Source: Paraspadella gotoi
Lineage: Eukaryota; Animalia; Chaetognatha
Reading direction: 5' to 3'
Length of the DNA stretch: 64,000 nt
Assembly: GCA_051294375.1 (NCBI GenBank)
Contig: CM119264.1
Span: 18,395,454 to 18,459,453 of the forward strand
The position numbers and the translations under genes are program-made. Of the stretch, positions 46,938-64,000 are shown piece by piece. The notes beneath the pieces were generated by a model. It made no database searches. It was not told the origin of the DNA and saw nothing but the letters and a program-made list of their open reading frames with translations. Positions within the stretch are counted from its first letter, which is position 1. The number at the start of each line of letters is the position of its first letter.

Positions 46938-49093
46938 ACAAACGCCGCTCGCAGGAAAAAGAAAATGAAATGAAAGGGGGAAAAATAATTTTCAGGCGCG
47001 TAAAATTCAACGGGGGAAAAAGGAAAGAAAATTCAATCCAAAAGGAAAGAAAAATTATGGAAAAGTGAAATTTTTCATTTTTTTCCCTGACTATACAGAA
47101 CAGATAATAATATTCAGAAAGAAAGAAAACGTTTTGCACTGGAACTAACTAAAACCAACTAAAATGGATTATGAGAAAACTGAACAGTGAACACGTAAAC
47201 AATGCATTCCATTTAAAGTTCTCTTTGCTACATAATTAGTATGTGTCGCTTCCTTCGGCAGCTTCAATGTCTCCGCTGTCCAGTCCAGGATTAGCGCCTC
47301 ATCGGGAAGCATTCGACGTTACTTCCAAAACAATTCTTCATTATTTGACAGATTCAGGGTTGACCATAATAAAATCCGCCTCATGATGAGGAGTTAAGAG
47401 CCGGTCAATGGTCAATGGGTCATGGAAGTGTTTTGGTGCTGAAACATATAAAAAAAATGACTTCGGGAGAATTCCGGCGATCCCTTTTATGGCGTTTTGG
47501 GGCCAGGAAACTCTGACCTTAGAGGTCATTGGCGATCTCGTCTCTTTCTGTTCGAGAGGAGTGGACGTAAGATATTGTTCAGATGTCGAATTTAAAAGTA
47601 ATACTATGTAATAACATGTTGTTGCGTCCACAAAAGTAAATTTTGTATGATTGTTGAGAGAAAGAGAGGCATAGAGAGAGACAATAACACAATATCTTTC
47701 TAGCGACTTCCATACATCGCTGTATAATCGTCCTGTTGTTGTCGTTGCCGGGACACATCCATCTTCCTTGCGGAGTAAATTACTAGTACTTAATAGATAA
47801 TGAGTTAAAATATTTTATACAATATCAGTGCCATTTTTTCAACAACAAAAAAAATAATTATCTCGTAAATATTCACTGACAGAGAAGTTCGATCCAGATA
47901 CCGATGCCAATACAAGACTAACACTCACAGCCTCACGACGTCGTCGTCGCACTCGTCGTGACTTTGTCATCGTCGCCATCGTCGCCATCATCGATTTCGT
48001 CAAAAGCGACGTAATCGTCATCGACGCGAAGATTAAGAATCTCCCGTCTGACGAAACCAAGTGGAGAACAACTTCTCGTGATTGGACACTGGACAGGCTG
48101 TCGGCTTCGAGAGATTCTGATTGGACCGAAGAGGCCCAAAAGCGCAAACGAGATGAAAACGGTTAGTTGCTTTTGTACAAGGGATCAAACCGTTTAATGA
48201 AACACCACAGAGGCGACGAAGGTCTCATGAAGTGGGTCTGGCGTGAGATCGAGTGGAAAGATATGGGGCTGAGAGAGGGTTTAGGTTTGGCGTGATGAAG
48301 GAAAGGGGCGACTCTTATGATCACCGTGAATCCGACGAAATATATCTTCGGGTGAAAATCTGAAGAATTAAAAAAGAAAGAAATCGGAAGAAAACAGAAA
48401 GAAAGAAAGACTGGGGACAGAAGATGGGGATTTGAGATATCGGGCAGGGAAGGGCAGGGAAGGAGAAGGGTTGAAAGCCTCGAGCAGGATGCGGACCCTT
48501 TTGAGGTGCTGCGGCAGAGAGGCTCTGGGGCACTGGGGGCAGGGTACAGGGGGACGATCGCAATATAGACGCAGCTGTCTCGACGCGAATAAACTCTCAT
48601 GAAAGGAAGGCAAACGAAAGAGATCCCGACTAATGGATCGTTACCACTTTAGTCGTTATCAATTAATTGCCGGTCGTAATTGCTACCGAATTATGCTAAT
48701 CGTCGTGTTTATTTGGATGTTACATTTCTTTTCTCTTTTTGGTGCCGTTCGACATAAAAATGCCATTTGGATTGTTGTATTTAAAAACTATAACGTCTAA
48801 AGAGTTTAGTCTGACTTAACCAGAGAAAATCTTAGTTATCTCTTAGTTCAGTCAGTTCAGCATCTTCGAACAGTAAACAATAAAGATCGAAAACAAACAG
48901 AGGGTGCGCGATCGCCGCAAGAAGAACAAACATAACCGTCAATAAAAAAAAACTGTGAAATATTCACAACCGCAGAAAAGAAGAGGCGGTGGACCGGAAA
49001 CTAGGCGGGGGTCGAGCCGAGGAACGCGACTCCGTTTTGGGGAGAAAAAGAGGAGGAAGTACATTTAGGATCAAAGATCAAAAAAGGCAATAA

Positions 49094-49145
<52 letters not shown>

Positions 49146-49419
49146 GGAAGCACTTTCGCTTATCGCCCGACATCGCTCACCGCCAGCGCCAAGTCGGGCA
49201 CGTTCCTCAACGAGCGTGAAGATCGAGTTGTGAGCTCATCCTCGAATTCGTAATATCGCTTATCTCTCATCGCTCATCTCATATAGCACATCTCACATCG
49301 CCAATCTCTTATTCTTAACTCACATCTCATATTGACTTATTTCATATCGTATATCAAGTAAAGTTAATTATCTTATTATGCATAAGCTCACTCCGCCTAT
49401 AAGCATGACACCTTCAGTC

Positions 49420-49614
49420 GTGACCAGATGCTTCATTGAGTAAAGCCATCAGCTGATGACCACTAGGGGTTCAATCCTAATCCAGCCTTTGGGGTCTGGA
49501 AAACCCGAAAGCCTGGTTCCAAACCCAGGACCCGTTCCATTGCTGCTGAGGAGGCACAGAGGTTCCGGATAGTAATCTTCGGCCCACATAATAGTTAATA
49601 GTTAATAGTTAATA
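49420..49614 (+). mobile_element. tRNA-derived SINE-like element with (TAGTTAA)n tail
   Basis: Degenerate A-box (tcattgagtaaagc), B-box GGTTCAATCC at 49468-49477, 3' tail of TAGTTAA x3; it interrupts a degenerate (ATCTC)n tract. Confidence 0.6.
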
Positions 49615-50111
49615 TCTCCACTTATATTCGCTCTCATCTAACCTCATTATCGAATTTAGGTTTCATTTTTTCGAATCACGTGATCGCGCTTCACTGATTC
49701 GCTTTGCGCTAAGCAAGTATTATTATCTCGTTTTTATCTGACCCTTTGATTGAAATCTTTGCTCACTAACAGGGCATATCGAACACGGCGCTGTTCGCTG
49801 CCACTTACGTAATAAACTTTGCTTGAAGCCTGTTCGCATATCGCTTTCTGTGTTCAAACTGTTCATGGCCGATTGCCATGCACCGTTAACACAAAGTAGG
49901 CCGCATGTTTGTACTTCCCCGGTCGCTTGTCCGCACTTACGAGCTGGCCGCATACATCGCCCTTCGCTAATCGAGAATTTCAGGGAAATCAACGTCACGA
50001 TGTCACGTGACCGAAGGGCGTGGCGTCGAGAAGCCGGGGTTTGATTAATGGAGTGCCGGGCAGATTGGGCGAGACAGAGAGAGAGAAGACTTCTCTCAGG
50101 GAGAGAGAAAG

Positions 50112-50216
<105 letters not shown>

Positions 50217-50791
50217 TTTAAACAATTTTTCCCGTTTTTTTCTAGTTCTATAGGGTTATCTAAAAAATTCGTTTCAGTCGTTAACTTATTATATATGGAA
50301 TCAACGATAATTAACCATACAAAGTCTCTGTGTTGAGAGGAAAAATTGCTCCCAAAAAAAGTGGCACATGTGTAAAAGCTGTTTTGCTAAGCCCTTCGGC
50401 GCCAGCAGTCGTCTGCATTTTTTAAATCCCTCTTCTTTTCGCCGTCATTAACATTTACTGCATTGAAAAGAACTCAAATCATTGTGCAATGTGCATTGTG
50501 CAATATGCCCACTTCGTTACTTCAGTCGGACTACGTTTTCTTGCCTCGAGTAAAGATTTCTTTCAGAAAGAACAATTGCGTTGCTCACGTTTCTTCAGCT
50601 TCTGTTTCCTGAAACATTTTTTTTCTTCGCCTGATTTCAGAGTTGATCGCTGACGTCATTACTGATGTATCAGGGATTGTTTTTCTCGTCGTCGTTGTTG
50701 TCGTCGTCGTCGTTGTTGTTGGCGTCACGTCCTGTAGAATTCCCCCGGGGAATTTTGAGGGACTAGAGGGACTCGAGGAAGATGAAAGGAT

Positions 50792-50861
<70 letters not shown>

Positions 50862-51666
50862 CCTCCCAGTTTTTTTGCTCCCCTCTCCAGTCTGCAACCC
50901 TTTTCCTTTTCGACACACTCCGTTTCTCTCTTCCTTTTATTCATACATCCGTACGAGGCGCTTCAATACTTTTTTTTTTCCTTCCTCCATTTTTTCAAAC
51001 TTGTTTTTCTTTTCCTAATTTTTTTCCCCTCTTTTTATTTTTTGAGTTTTGCATGACTTTCGACCCTTTTTTTCATCACCGGCGTAAAAGTTTTATTATG
51101 TCATAAATTTTAAGAAATATTCGCTGCTTAACGCCTACTTATTTTCGTCGTTGAGGGTTCCTTGTCACTCACAACCCTCTGCTGAATCAATGCGACGAGA
51201 TGCAATGAGATGTAATGCAATTCTCTCATTGTATCAGTTTACAAAGTCGTCCTGATGCGGTCGTCGTTTATCCTTTCCTCGAGTCTGTGAAGAACAATTA
51301 GATTTTGTCTTCCCTCCATCAATTAGATCTTTTAGGATCGATGAAGAGTCAGAGTCAATTTCGGTTTCGTCTCAGTGTCATTACTGTCATTACATTGCTC
51401 GCTTAGATTATGTCGGTCTACGTCGTTGACATCCTCGTCATCTTCACTGCAGCTCCTGTGCGGGTTCTACCAAAGAATTCACAAGCGTCTCAAACTCTAG
51501 TTCACGCTCCGTGAGACGAGATAATTAACGAGTCTCTCCTGACGTCGACGCTCGTAATCTCGCGGTGATATGATGTAATTGTTCGAAGAAAATTAAAAAA
51601 AGTCAAAGAAAAAACAGACGAGGATGGGCGAAGCTGACTAAGGTATTTTAAAATTAAATTAAGGCA

Positions 51667-53846
<2,180 letters not shown>

Positions 53847-55398
53847 TAAAAATAATTTTTTTAAAAATAATTTTTTAATAATAGTGGATGTTAAATATCT
53901 GTTAAACATTACTCAGAATGTTTATTCTGATTAAATGATAATAAAATCAATAATAAAACATTAATGAAGCGAGTTGGAAGTTTAAAAATCCAAAAGTATA
54001 AAAAAATATCACATGTGATTGAAAAAATTATTTTCTTTAAAATCGTAATTAATTATTTATATCACCCAGTTAAGTACAATTTTTAAAAGAAAAACATCTT
54101 CGATGATGTGAGAGTAAGTAACGACAAACATCAAACAATACTTAGCACAAAAACAGTTTAAGAACGTTTTCTGCCGTAATTTTTCCCCCTTCGCGACATT
54201 CGCGATCGTCGTCGTCCATTAGTCGTCGAATGCGGAATGTTTTTTCCTTCCGCCACGCCCACGCTCGCTTGCGGTCGCTGGCGCGAGCGCGAGGTTTCGG
54301 ATCACGTGGACCTCCGCGCTGCTGTTATGGCGCGCAGAGTGGCGCGCAGATCGGGCGCGCGCGCGTTTTTCCAGCCACGTCTTTTCCTTTTTTGCGCCGC
54401 CTTTCCGCCTCTTTTCTTCAATTTAGTCTCTTGGCAACGACGTCGTTTAATGTAATCCGACTTTGGTTGTAAGCCATTTTATCCGTTTTTGTTGCTTTAC
54501 TCGTCAAGAACGTGCTATCTACTGTCTGCAACTATAAAAATCAAAATTTCAATAAAAAAAAATCAGAAAACCACACCTGGTTTACTTTTTCAAAAAAGAA
54601 AAATTGAGCTTTTAAATTTTTTTTTATTTCACACTCTGCGCGGAAACGTTTTCCTTCCTCCTTCAGGACAACCACCGAGTCTGAAACGATTTATTTTGTC
54701 GTGTTTTGTCGTTGTTGTCGTTGTCGCTCGAATCGTTGTTTCTGTTTGCGTCTCCCAGTCTTTTTCGTCGCCCGATCATCCCTTCGTCTTTCTCTCTCGC
54801 CCCCCCCCCAAAAAAAGGAGGCAAAAAAGGGGGAAAAAAACAGCAAATCTCATTAGGCAGACAATCTCGTTGGCGGCTCGCGGTCTCACGTCTCCGTCCC
54901 TTAGCGCTCCTGACTTCCTCGGCTTGTTTAACTTTGCTTCCGATTGCCATGCCTCTCGCTCTCTCTCTCGCTGTTTAACGCCTCTCCTAAAAATGCTTTA
55001 TTTCCTCGTCTCCGTTGCTTTTTATCCGCGCTTGACTCGTTTTATTTTTCTTTTATTTAGATATATCGAGGGTGTAAAATATTTTAACCGTGACACAATT
55101 TAATTTTTTTGTTCGATTTTGATTCTTCGAATTTTTGATGCCTTTTGTTGTTTTTTCTCACATCACTATTTTTTTTTATTCTTTCGTAGTAAGATTTCCG
55201 TTCCTTATTTTATAACGGCTTAATTCCTTCCACAATAGTTATATAAATTATACGTATCATTTTCACCTTAATTATGAAGTTTTACTCTTTTCTTCTTCCA
55301 ATCATATATTTCCAGTATTTTATTTGCCATTAGAACTCATTTACGAATAATTTATCGATTTCTCCGATGCCCTTTTTATTATCGTAATCATTAAATGC

Positions 55399-55480
55399 TA
55401 TGAAATTGGTACAACAAATATTAAAATTATCTATTCATTTAATAAATAATAGCTATCTTCGATAATGACATAGCAGGTCC
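55399..55480 (+). repeat. Dispersed repeat, copy C with internal deletion (mirrored at about 63512-63592)
   Basis: Both flanks of copy B (aaattggtacaac...agctatctt and gataatgacatagcaggtcc) are joined without the ~50-nt GC-richer core. Confidence 0.8.
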
Positions 55481-56821
55481 AAGTTTTCGTCCTCAAATTC
55501 GACCACTTAGTGTCTCATATCTGAGACGCACAAAACGTTAAGAAAACTCATCATTCCAGTCACAGAGTCGGAAGCGTCGTTGTTGCAAGAATGAATTGGC
55601 AATGCGTCATTCCTCGATAATTTGATCTTTTCAGTTATCACCATATCAACATCGTTGGAGGATGAATTCACTATTACGCTAGCTCATTAAGCTGTGATGG
55701 CCGATGAAAACGTTTGTTTTGCTCTTTTACGTCTCTTGGTTTATCAATAGTAATTCATTAGCGAACTCGTTCGCAGACATAGTCAATTGGTCATTTGCTA
55801 TTATTCTTTTCGTATATTTTGACGTTTTACTTTCCTCTTGTGTGTTTTTTTTTATTGTTGTTTTCCTTTTAATACATTCCGTTTTCATCTTTTTTTGTTT
55901 CTTATCAAATATGGCTTGTATCATTATCTTTTTTCTTTCTTTTTTTTTCTCTTTCTTTTTTTCTTTCTTTCTTTCTTTCTTTCTTTTCTTTCTTTCTTTC
56001 TTTCTTTTCTTTATGTCTGTCTATCTGTCTGTCAGTCAGTCTGTCTGTCTTTTTCTCATTTTCTTTCGCTCTTCCCTTACTTCCAATCTTGGTCCAGATC
56101 CTCCTTTTTTCTTCTTTGGCCTTCTTGTTTCCTTCAATCGCCAAGGGAGTCATTTACACCTTGTCCTCTTCTTTAATTTCCTCTTCCTTTCTCTAACCTT
56201 TCCTTTTTTTCTCTCTTTTGTATTTTTTTAAAAATTCCTATATTTCATTGTTTTTTCCTCTCATGCTAATAATCTTTTCTTTCATCTCTTATTAGTTACG
56301 CCGCGAGTATTCGTGGAGCAACCCTTTTGGTCGGTCGATCGCATGGGATTCAAATGACCAAGAATTGAAATTGGTATCATTAATATATATACCTCTCATT
56401 TCATGTGGTTTGTTTACAAACGGCGCCACTTATAGGCGTGCAGATTTCTTTTATTTTCTGTTTTACGTTAGTGACTGTAAAAAAGTTTTAACTGGTTAGA
56501 ATAGATCAGAGTATGTCAGGCTTTTTCAAATTGGATTTGCGTCGCGAGGCAAGCTTCTCTAATTATCCAGACTCCAGATTTGTTAGCTTAAATCTGATCT
56601 GATCGTCTTTGCTAATTGATTCCTGCGACTTCCATGTTTACCGCGATAATTATGGTAAGGACTAATTAGGAAAAAACAAAAAAAAAATAAACAAACAAGT
56701 TGATCTTTAATATATCTTTATTGAGAAACCTTTTTATAAAACCATGCGAAGAGCAGCTGTGTGTTTACTGTTCATATATTATAGAAGAAGAAGCGATTCT
56801 TAATAAGAATAAGTGAACGAG

Positions 56822-56857
<36 letters not shown>

Positions 56858-56871
56858 GAGAGGAGAGAGAT

Positions 56872-56918
<47 letters not shown>

Positions 56919-57391
56919 AAACAAGAAAGCCTGTGGTTGTTGAGAAAAGGAGGCCCACTGGGTCCATCCTCTCGGTCTCCGGGTTCCATCTCCAGAAACT
57001 CAGTCGCATTGTAGTGAGCAATTTCCCTTTCCTGCTTCAATCTATGGAAAGGAGGAAGGAGGGGAAAAGTGGTAGGAAAGGAGAAGAGAAGGTGGAGGAA
57101 CTGAAGCCTTCGATCCGAGGTGAGGAAACTGGAAAGGGATTTCGAATTCAATTAGCGTCGCCGTCGTCGACTTCGTCGTTGTCGCAGTTGTCGTCGTCGT
57201 GCACGGGATTGGGTGAGCAGAGATAACCAGTGCTTGCTTTTCTTTCTTTTTGCTTTTATCGTGGATCTGATTTTTTTCAATAATAATTTAACTCGATCTA
57301 GATGAATCATGTAATTACAATAAAATTGGTTTTCGGGTTTCTTCTCTCTCTCTCTTTCTCTTTTCTCTCTCTCTCTCTCTCTCTCCTTTCT

Positions 57392-57469
<78 letters not shown>

Positions 57470-58832
57470 TCCACCCCTCCTCCGTCCTCCTCCGGCTCCT
57501 TCCCTTTCCCCCGATGTTTCTCCAAATCAATTTTGATCAGGGAAATCGATTATTGGCTGCAACGAAGTTTGTGGCGCCAAATCTTTTCTCCCTCATCCTC
57601 GATAGACGACGACGAAGACGACGACGACGACGACGGCCCGATACTTTGTCGTCTCCTCTCCCCTCCTCCTCTTTCCTTTCACTTTTCGATTCCTCCTTTT
57701 CTTCTTTTCTTTTCAGCAGTTCTTTCCTCGGACTCGTCGCCTCCTCGCGGCAGCAGCGAACAGTGCACCTTTTATCATGATCGCAAGAGGCTGCCATTCC
57801 TGTAACCGTCTACATGTTTAATTTGTAATGGCAACTATTTTTTTTTCAATTTAAAATTAATAAACGAAATGTGTCAAAAAATCCCATTTTTTTTGTCTCG
57901 CTTTAATCGATGTCGAAACTTTTTTTCCATTCCCATTGACTAACACGGGCTTTCAGAACATATCTAATGGTTTAGCATATCTTTTTTATTCCAGAACTAC
58001 CCAAGTTTTCTTCCTCTCCTCATTCCTCTCCCTTAATTCTTAATTTTAACCGATTTCGTCGTTGAAGAATATACATTCATAAAACATTTCAAAATCCAAA
58101 TCTTCATCATCGTTTCTATTGTCGCATACCCTGATTCCAGTCACTCGCCCTTTTTCACTCTTGTTTCACTCTACTTTCACTTTAGAGTCGCTTAAACTTT
58201 TCAGACAGTTTCTGTATTTTTTTTCCCCGTTCGTTCCTTTCCTTTTCTTGCTCTCCTATCAGTTCCTAAATTCTCCCTTTTCTTTTTTTTCTATTATCCT
58301 CGAGTCCCTTCCTCGGTTCCGCCTCTCCCCCCCCCCACCTCCCTTCCATTGAAAAGATCGAGAGTTTTTCTTTTTCCCTTCTCGCGATGTTGATGTTTCT
58401 CTCCATTTCCGTTCTCCTTTGCTTCGCTTCCTTTTTTGACCTTTTTTAAATGTCCCCCAACCGATAGAAGAAAGTATCCAACTCAGTTTTTTCACCCATA
58501 ATTGTCTACAACGTTATTCACTCAGTCTTTCCAGACTGTATCCCTCTCTCTCTTTTCTTTTTTTTTTTTCAATTTCTCATTTTTTCATATGATTCTTTAC
58601 CTTCGACTCTTTTTCTTCTTTTTCCATTTTTTCACTTTCTTCTCTCGCTCTCCCCTATTTCTTCCTCCTTCCCTGCGGCCCCGATTTCTTCATATCTCTC
58701 ACAACATTTCTCTTTCGAGATAAACCAGTTTTTTTAAATTCTCTCTGCGTTTCTCCCTTCGGCCTCTGATTGATGATGTTTTTCCTCCGAACTGCGCATA
58801 AAATGATCGTTTCCAGAGTGTCGTTGGTCACA

Positions 58833-58867
<35 letters not shown>

Positions 58868-60004
58868 TCGCCTCGTCGTCGAAGAGCGAAAAAGCTGGAA
58901 AAGAAAATCTGTCGATGTTATCTTTAGTTTTGTTGATTTTCGACGCTGTTTATTTTTGTTGTAGCGACGAAGTGAAGGGCGAGAATTGCGTTGCGATTTT
59001 GAAGTTTAAAAATATCTTCTCCTTATCATCTTATCACTATTTCGTCGCCATCGAGCAGGAGCAACAGTTGCTGCGGATTGAAGGACTAGCGCTTGTAATG
59101 GTTCGAAACCCAAAGCTAAGTCAAAACAAAATAAAATGATTAAGATCGACATGCATCTCCGCAGACTATTTCTTAGAGAGCTATATATTTAAAAAATAGA
59201 AAATTATATATTAGCAAGTTTCTAATATGGACTCTATGAATATATAACATATTTTTGACTAAGTATAAAATTAATTTTAAAATTTTTTTTTTTACAATTA
59301 AAAAGTTGGTTCTAAATAAAACAAAACGAACACAATATAGTTNNNNNNNNNNNNNNNNNNNNNNNNNTTTGTTTTATTTAGACCAACTTTTTAATTGTAA
59401 AAAAAAAAATTAAAATTAAATTTTATACTTAGTCAAAAATATGTTATATATTCATAGAGTCCATATTAGAAAACTTGCTAATATATAATTTTCTATTTTT
59501 TAAATATATAGCTCTCCAAGAAATAGCTGCGGAGATGCATGGTCGATCTTAATCATTNNNNNNNNNNTAATTGTAAAAAAAAACTTTTAAAATTTAATTT
59601 ATACTTAGTCAAAAATATGTTATAAATTCATAGAGTCCATATTAGAAAACTTGCTAATATATAATTATCTATTTTTTAAATATATAGCTCTCTAAGAAAT
59701 AGTAGCTGCGGAGCTGCATAGTCGATCTTAATCATTTTATTTTGTTTTGACTTAGCTTTGGGTTTCGAACCATTACAAGCGCTAGTCCTTCAATCCGCAG
59801 CAACTGTTGCTCCTGCTCGATGGCGACGAAATAGTGATAATATGATAAGGAGAAGATATTTTTTAAACTTCAAAATCACAACGCAATTCTCGCCCTTCAC
59901 TTCGTCGCTACAACAAAAATAAACAGGGTCGAAAATCAACAAAACTAAAGATAACATCGACAGATTTTCTTTTCCAGCTTTTTCGCTCTTCGACGACGAG
60001 GCGA

Positions 60005-60036
<32 letters not shown>

Positions 60037-61454
60037 TGTGACCAACGACGACTCTGGAAACGATCATTTTATGCGCAGTTCGGAGGAAAAACATCATCAA
60101 TCAGAGGCCGAAGGGAGAAACGCAGAGAGAATTTAAAAAACTGGTTTATCTCGAAAGAGAAATGTTGTGAGAGATATGAAGAAATCGGGGCCGCAGGGAA
60201 GGAGGAAGAAATAGGGGAGAGCGAGAGAAGAAAGTGAAAAAATGGAAAAAGAAGAAAAAGAGTCGAAGGTAAGAATCATATGAAAAAATGAGAAATTGAA
60301 AAAAAAAAAAGAAAAGAGAGAGAGGGATACAGTCTGGGAAAGACTGAGTGAATAACGTTGTAGACAATTATGGGTGAAAAACTGAGTTGGATACTTTCTT
60401 CTATCGGTTGGGGGACATTTAAAAAAGGTCAAAAAAGGAAAGCGAAGCAAAGGAGAACGGAAATGGAGAGAAACATCAACATCGCGAGAAGGGAAAAAGA
60501 AAAACTCTCGATCTTTTCAATGGAAGGGAGGTGGGGGGGGGAGAGGCGGAACCGAGGAAGGGACTCGAGGATAATAGAAAAAAAAGAAAAGGGAGAATTT
60601 AGGAACTGATACAGGAGAGCGAGAAAAGGAAAGGAACGAACGGGGAAAAAAAAAATACTGAAACTGTCTGAAAAGTTTAAGCGACTCTAAAGTGAAAGTA
60701 GAGTGAAACAAGAGTGAAAAAGGCGGAGTGACTGGATATCAGGGTATGCGACAATAGAAACGATGATGAAGACTTTGGATTTGAGAATGTTATGAATGTA
60801 TATTCTTCAACGACGAAATCGGTTAAAATTAAGAATTAAGGGAGAGGAATGAGGAGAGGAAGAAAACTTGGGTAGTTCTGGAATAAAAAGATATGCTAAA
60901 CAATAGATATGTTCTGAAAGCCCTTGTTAGTCAATGGGAATGGAAAAAAAAGTTTCGACATCGATTAAAGCGAGACAAAAAATGGGATGTTTTGACACTT
61001 CCGTTTATTAATTTTAAATTGAAAAAAAAAATAGTTGCCATTACAAATTAAACATGTAGACGGTTGACAGGAATGGCAGCGATCATGATAAAAGGTGCAC
61101 TGTTCGCTGCTCGCGAGGAGGCGACGAGTCGAGGAAAGAAGCTGCTGAAAAGAAAAGAAGAAAAGGAGGAATCGAAAAGTGAAAAGGAAAGAGGAGGAGG
61201 GAGAGAGGAGACGACAAAGTATCGGCGCCGTCGTCGTCGTCGTCGTCTTCGTCGTCGTCTATCGAGGATGAGGGAGAAAAGATTTGGCGCCACAAACTTC
61301 GTTGCAGCCAATAATCGATTTCCCTGATCAAAATTGATTTGGAGAAACATCGGGGGAAAGGAGAAAGAGCCGGGAGTAGACGGAGGAGACGGAGGAGACG
61401 GAGGAGCCGGAAGGAGCCGGAGGAGACGGAGGAGGGGTGGAGGGTAGGAGAGAG

Positions 61455-61547
<93 letters not shown>

Positions 61548-61989
61548 AAAAGAGAAAAGAGAAGAAACCCGCAAAACCAATTTATTGTAATTACATGATT
61601 CATCTAGATCGAGTTAAATTATTATTGAAAAAAATCAGATCCACGATAAAAGCAAAAGAAAGAAAAGCAAGCACTGGTTATCTCTGCTCACCCAATCCCG
61701 TGCACGACGACGACAACTGCGACAACGACGAAGTCGACGACGGCGACGCTAATTGGAATTCGAAATCCCTTTCCAGTTTCCTCACCTCGGATCGAAGGCT
61801 TCAGTTCCTCCACCTTCTCTTCTCCTTTCCTACCACTTTTCCTCCTTCCTCCCTTTCCATAGATTGAAGCAGGAAAAGGGAAATTGCTCACTACAATGCG
61901 ACTGAGTTTCTGGGAGATGGAACCCGGAGACCGAGAGGATGGAACCCAGTGGCGCCTCCTTTTCTCAACAACCACAGGCTTTCTTGTTT

Positions 61990-62130
<141 letters not shown>

Positions 62131-62937
62131 CACTTATTCTTATTAAGAATCGCTTCTTCTTCTATAATATATGAACAGTAAACACACAGCTGCTCTTCGC
62201 ATGGTTTTATAAAAAGGTTTCTCAATAAAGATATATTAAAGATCAACTTGTTTGTTTTATTTTTTTTTGTTTTTTCCTAATTAGTCCTTACCATAATTAT
62301 CGCGGTAAACATGGAAGTCGCAGGAATCAATTAGCAAAGACGATCAGATCAGATTTAAGCTAACAAATCTGGAGTCTGGATAATTAGAGAAGCTTGCCTC
62401 GCGACGCAAATCCAATTTTGAAAAAGCCTGACATACTCTGATCTATTCTACCAGTTAAAACTTTTTTACAGTCACTAACGTAAAACAGAAAATAAAAGAA
62501 ATCTGCACGCCTATAAGTGGCGCCGTTTGTAAACAAACCACATGAAATGAGAGGTATATATATTAATGATACCAATTTCAATTCTTGGTCATTTGAATCC
62601 CATGCGATCGACCGACCAAAAGGGTTGCTCCACGAATACTCGCGGCGTAACTAATAAGAGATGAAAGAAAAGATTATTAGCATGAGAGGAAAAACAATGA
62701 AATATAGGAATTTTTAAAAAAATACAAAAGGAGAGAACAAAAAGGAAAGGTTAGAGAAAAGGAAGAGGAAATTAAAAGAAGAGGACAAGGTGTAAATGAC
62801 TCCCTTGGCGATTGAAGGAAACAAGAAGGCCAAAAGAAGAAAAAAGGAGGATCTGGACCAAGATTGGAAGTAAGGGAAGAGCGAAAGAAAATGAGAAAAA
62901 GACAGACAGACTGACTGACAGACAGATAGACAGACAT

Positions 62938-62938
62938 A

Positions 62939-63014
<76 letters not shown>

Positions 63015-63054
63015 AAAAAAGAAAAAAAGAAAAAAAGAAAGAAAGAAAGAAAGA
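62938..63054. repeat. (GAAA)n tetranucleotide repeat (shorter mirror copy at about 55930-56012)
   Basis: Directly visible. Confidence 0.9.
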
Positions 63055-64000
63055 TAATGATACAAGCCATATTTGATAAGGAAACAAAAAAAAGATGAAA
63101 ACGGAATGTATTAAAAGGAAAACAACAATAAAAAAAAACACACACAAGAGGAAAGTAAAACGTCAAAATATACGAAAAGAATAATAGCAAATGACCAATT
63201 GACTATGTCTGCGAACGAGTTCGCTAATGAATTACTATTGATATAAACCAAAGAGACGTAAAAGAGCAAAACAACCGTTTTCATCGGCCATCACAGCTTA
63301 ATGAGCTAGCGTAATAGTGAATTCATCCCTCCAACGACTGTTGATATGGTGATAACTGAAAAGATCAAATTATCGAGGAATGACGCCATTGCCAATTCAT
63401 TCTTGCAACAACGACGCTTCCGACTCTGTGACTGGAATGATGAGTTTTTCTTAACGTTTTGTGCGTCTCAGATATGAGACACTAAGTGGTCGAATTTGAG
63501 GACGAAAACTTGGACCTGCTATGTCATTATCGAAGATAGCTTATTTATTAAATGAATAGATAATTTTAATATTTGTTGTACCAATTTCATAGCATTTAAT
63601 GATTACGATAATAAAAAGGGCATCGGAGAAATCGATAAATTATTCGTAAATGAGTTTCTAAATGGCAAAATAAAATACTGGAAAATATATGATTGGAAAG
63701 AAGAAAAGAGTAAAACTTCATAATTAAGGTGAAAATGATACGTATAATTTATATACTATTGTGGAAGGAATTAAGCCGTTATAAAATAAGGAACGGAAAT
63801 CTTACTACGAAAGATAAAAAAAAATTAGTGATGTGAGAAAAAACAACAAAAGGCATCAAAAATTCGAAGAATCAAAATCGAACAAAAAATTAAATTGTGT
63901 CACGGTTAAAATATTTTACACCCTCGGATATATCTAAATAAAAGAAAAATAAAAACGAGTCAAGCGCGGATAAAAAGCAACGGAGACGAGGAAATAAAGC

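Noticed and set aside
47341-48300. Coding-looking stretches (ORFs 47341..47631 and 47933..48139; also 31351..31716 and 39182..39520)
   Set aside because: No recognisable motif and no consistent chain of splice sites that I could establish.
49451-49530. Possible hammerhead ribozyme (CTGATGA...CGAAA)
   Set aside because: No short stem II closes the two core strands, and there is no U-H cleavage triplet after the candidate stem III.

Overview
AT-rich, microsatellite-dense eukaryotic (probably invertebrate animal) genomic DNA from a draft assembly with three N gaps. CpG is visibly not depleted. Genes read by hand: (1) a complete 10-exon anoctamin/TMEM16 gene on the minus strand (10154..5465, 1018 aa) whose last intron is GC-AG and whose donors are mostly degenerate; (2) a 6-exon LRRC51-like gene on the plus strand (18223..26178, about 247 aa); (3) an intronless, frameshift-ridden C-terminal half of an ABCC/MRP1-type transporter (51667..53799); (4) two chains of phase-compatible orphan exons on the minus strand (about 17028..15504 and 28142..27630). 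Repeats: a degraded non-LTR reverse transcriptase (41870..43420), a CR1/L2-type 3' remnant, three SINE-like elements (two share hairpin stems and spacing despite divergent loops), a ~120-bp dispersed repeat, and a perfect 43-bp-arm hairpin. The last ~9 kb is one giant inverted repeat centred on N gaps, most likely an assembly or amplification artefact. Most ORFs in the supplied track are translations of (GA)n/(CT)n and other simple repeats. No CRISPR, rRNA or intact tRNA was found, and I found no clear new biological system. The best leads are the structured SINE-like RNA motif, the relaxed splice-donor usage, the compositionally odd ABCC fragment, the RFX X-box clusters and the orphan exons.
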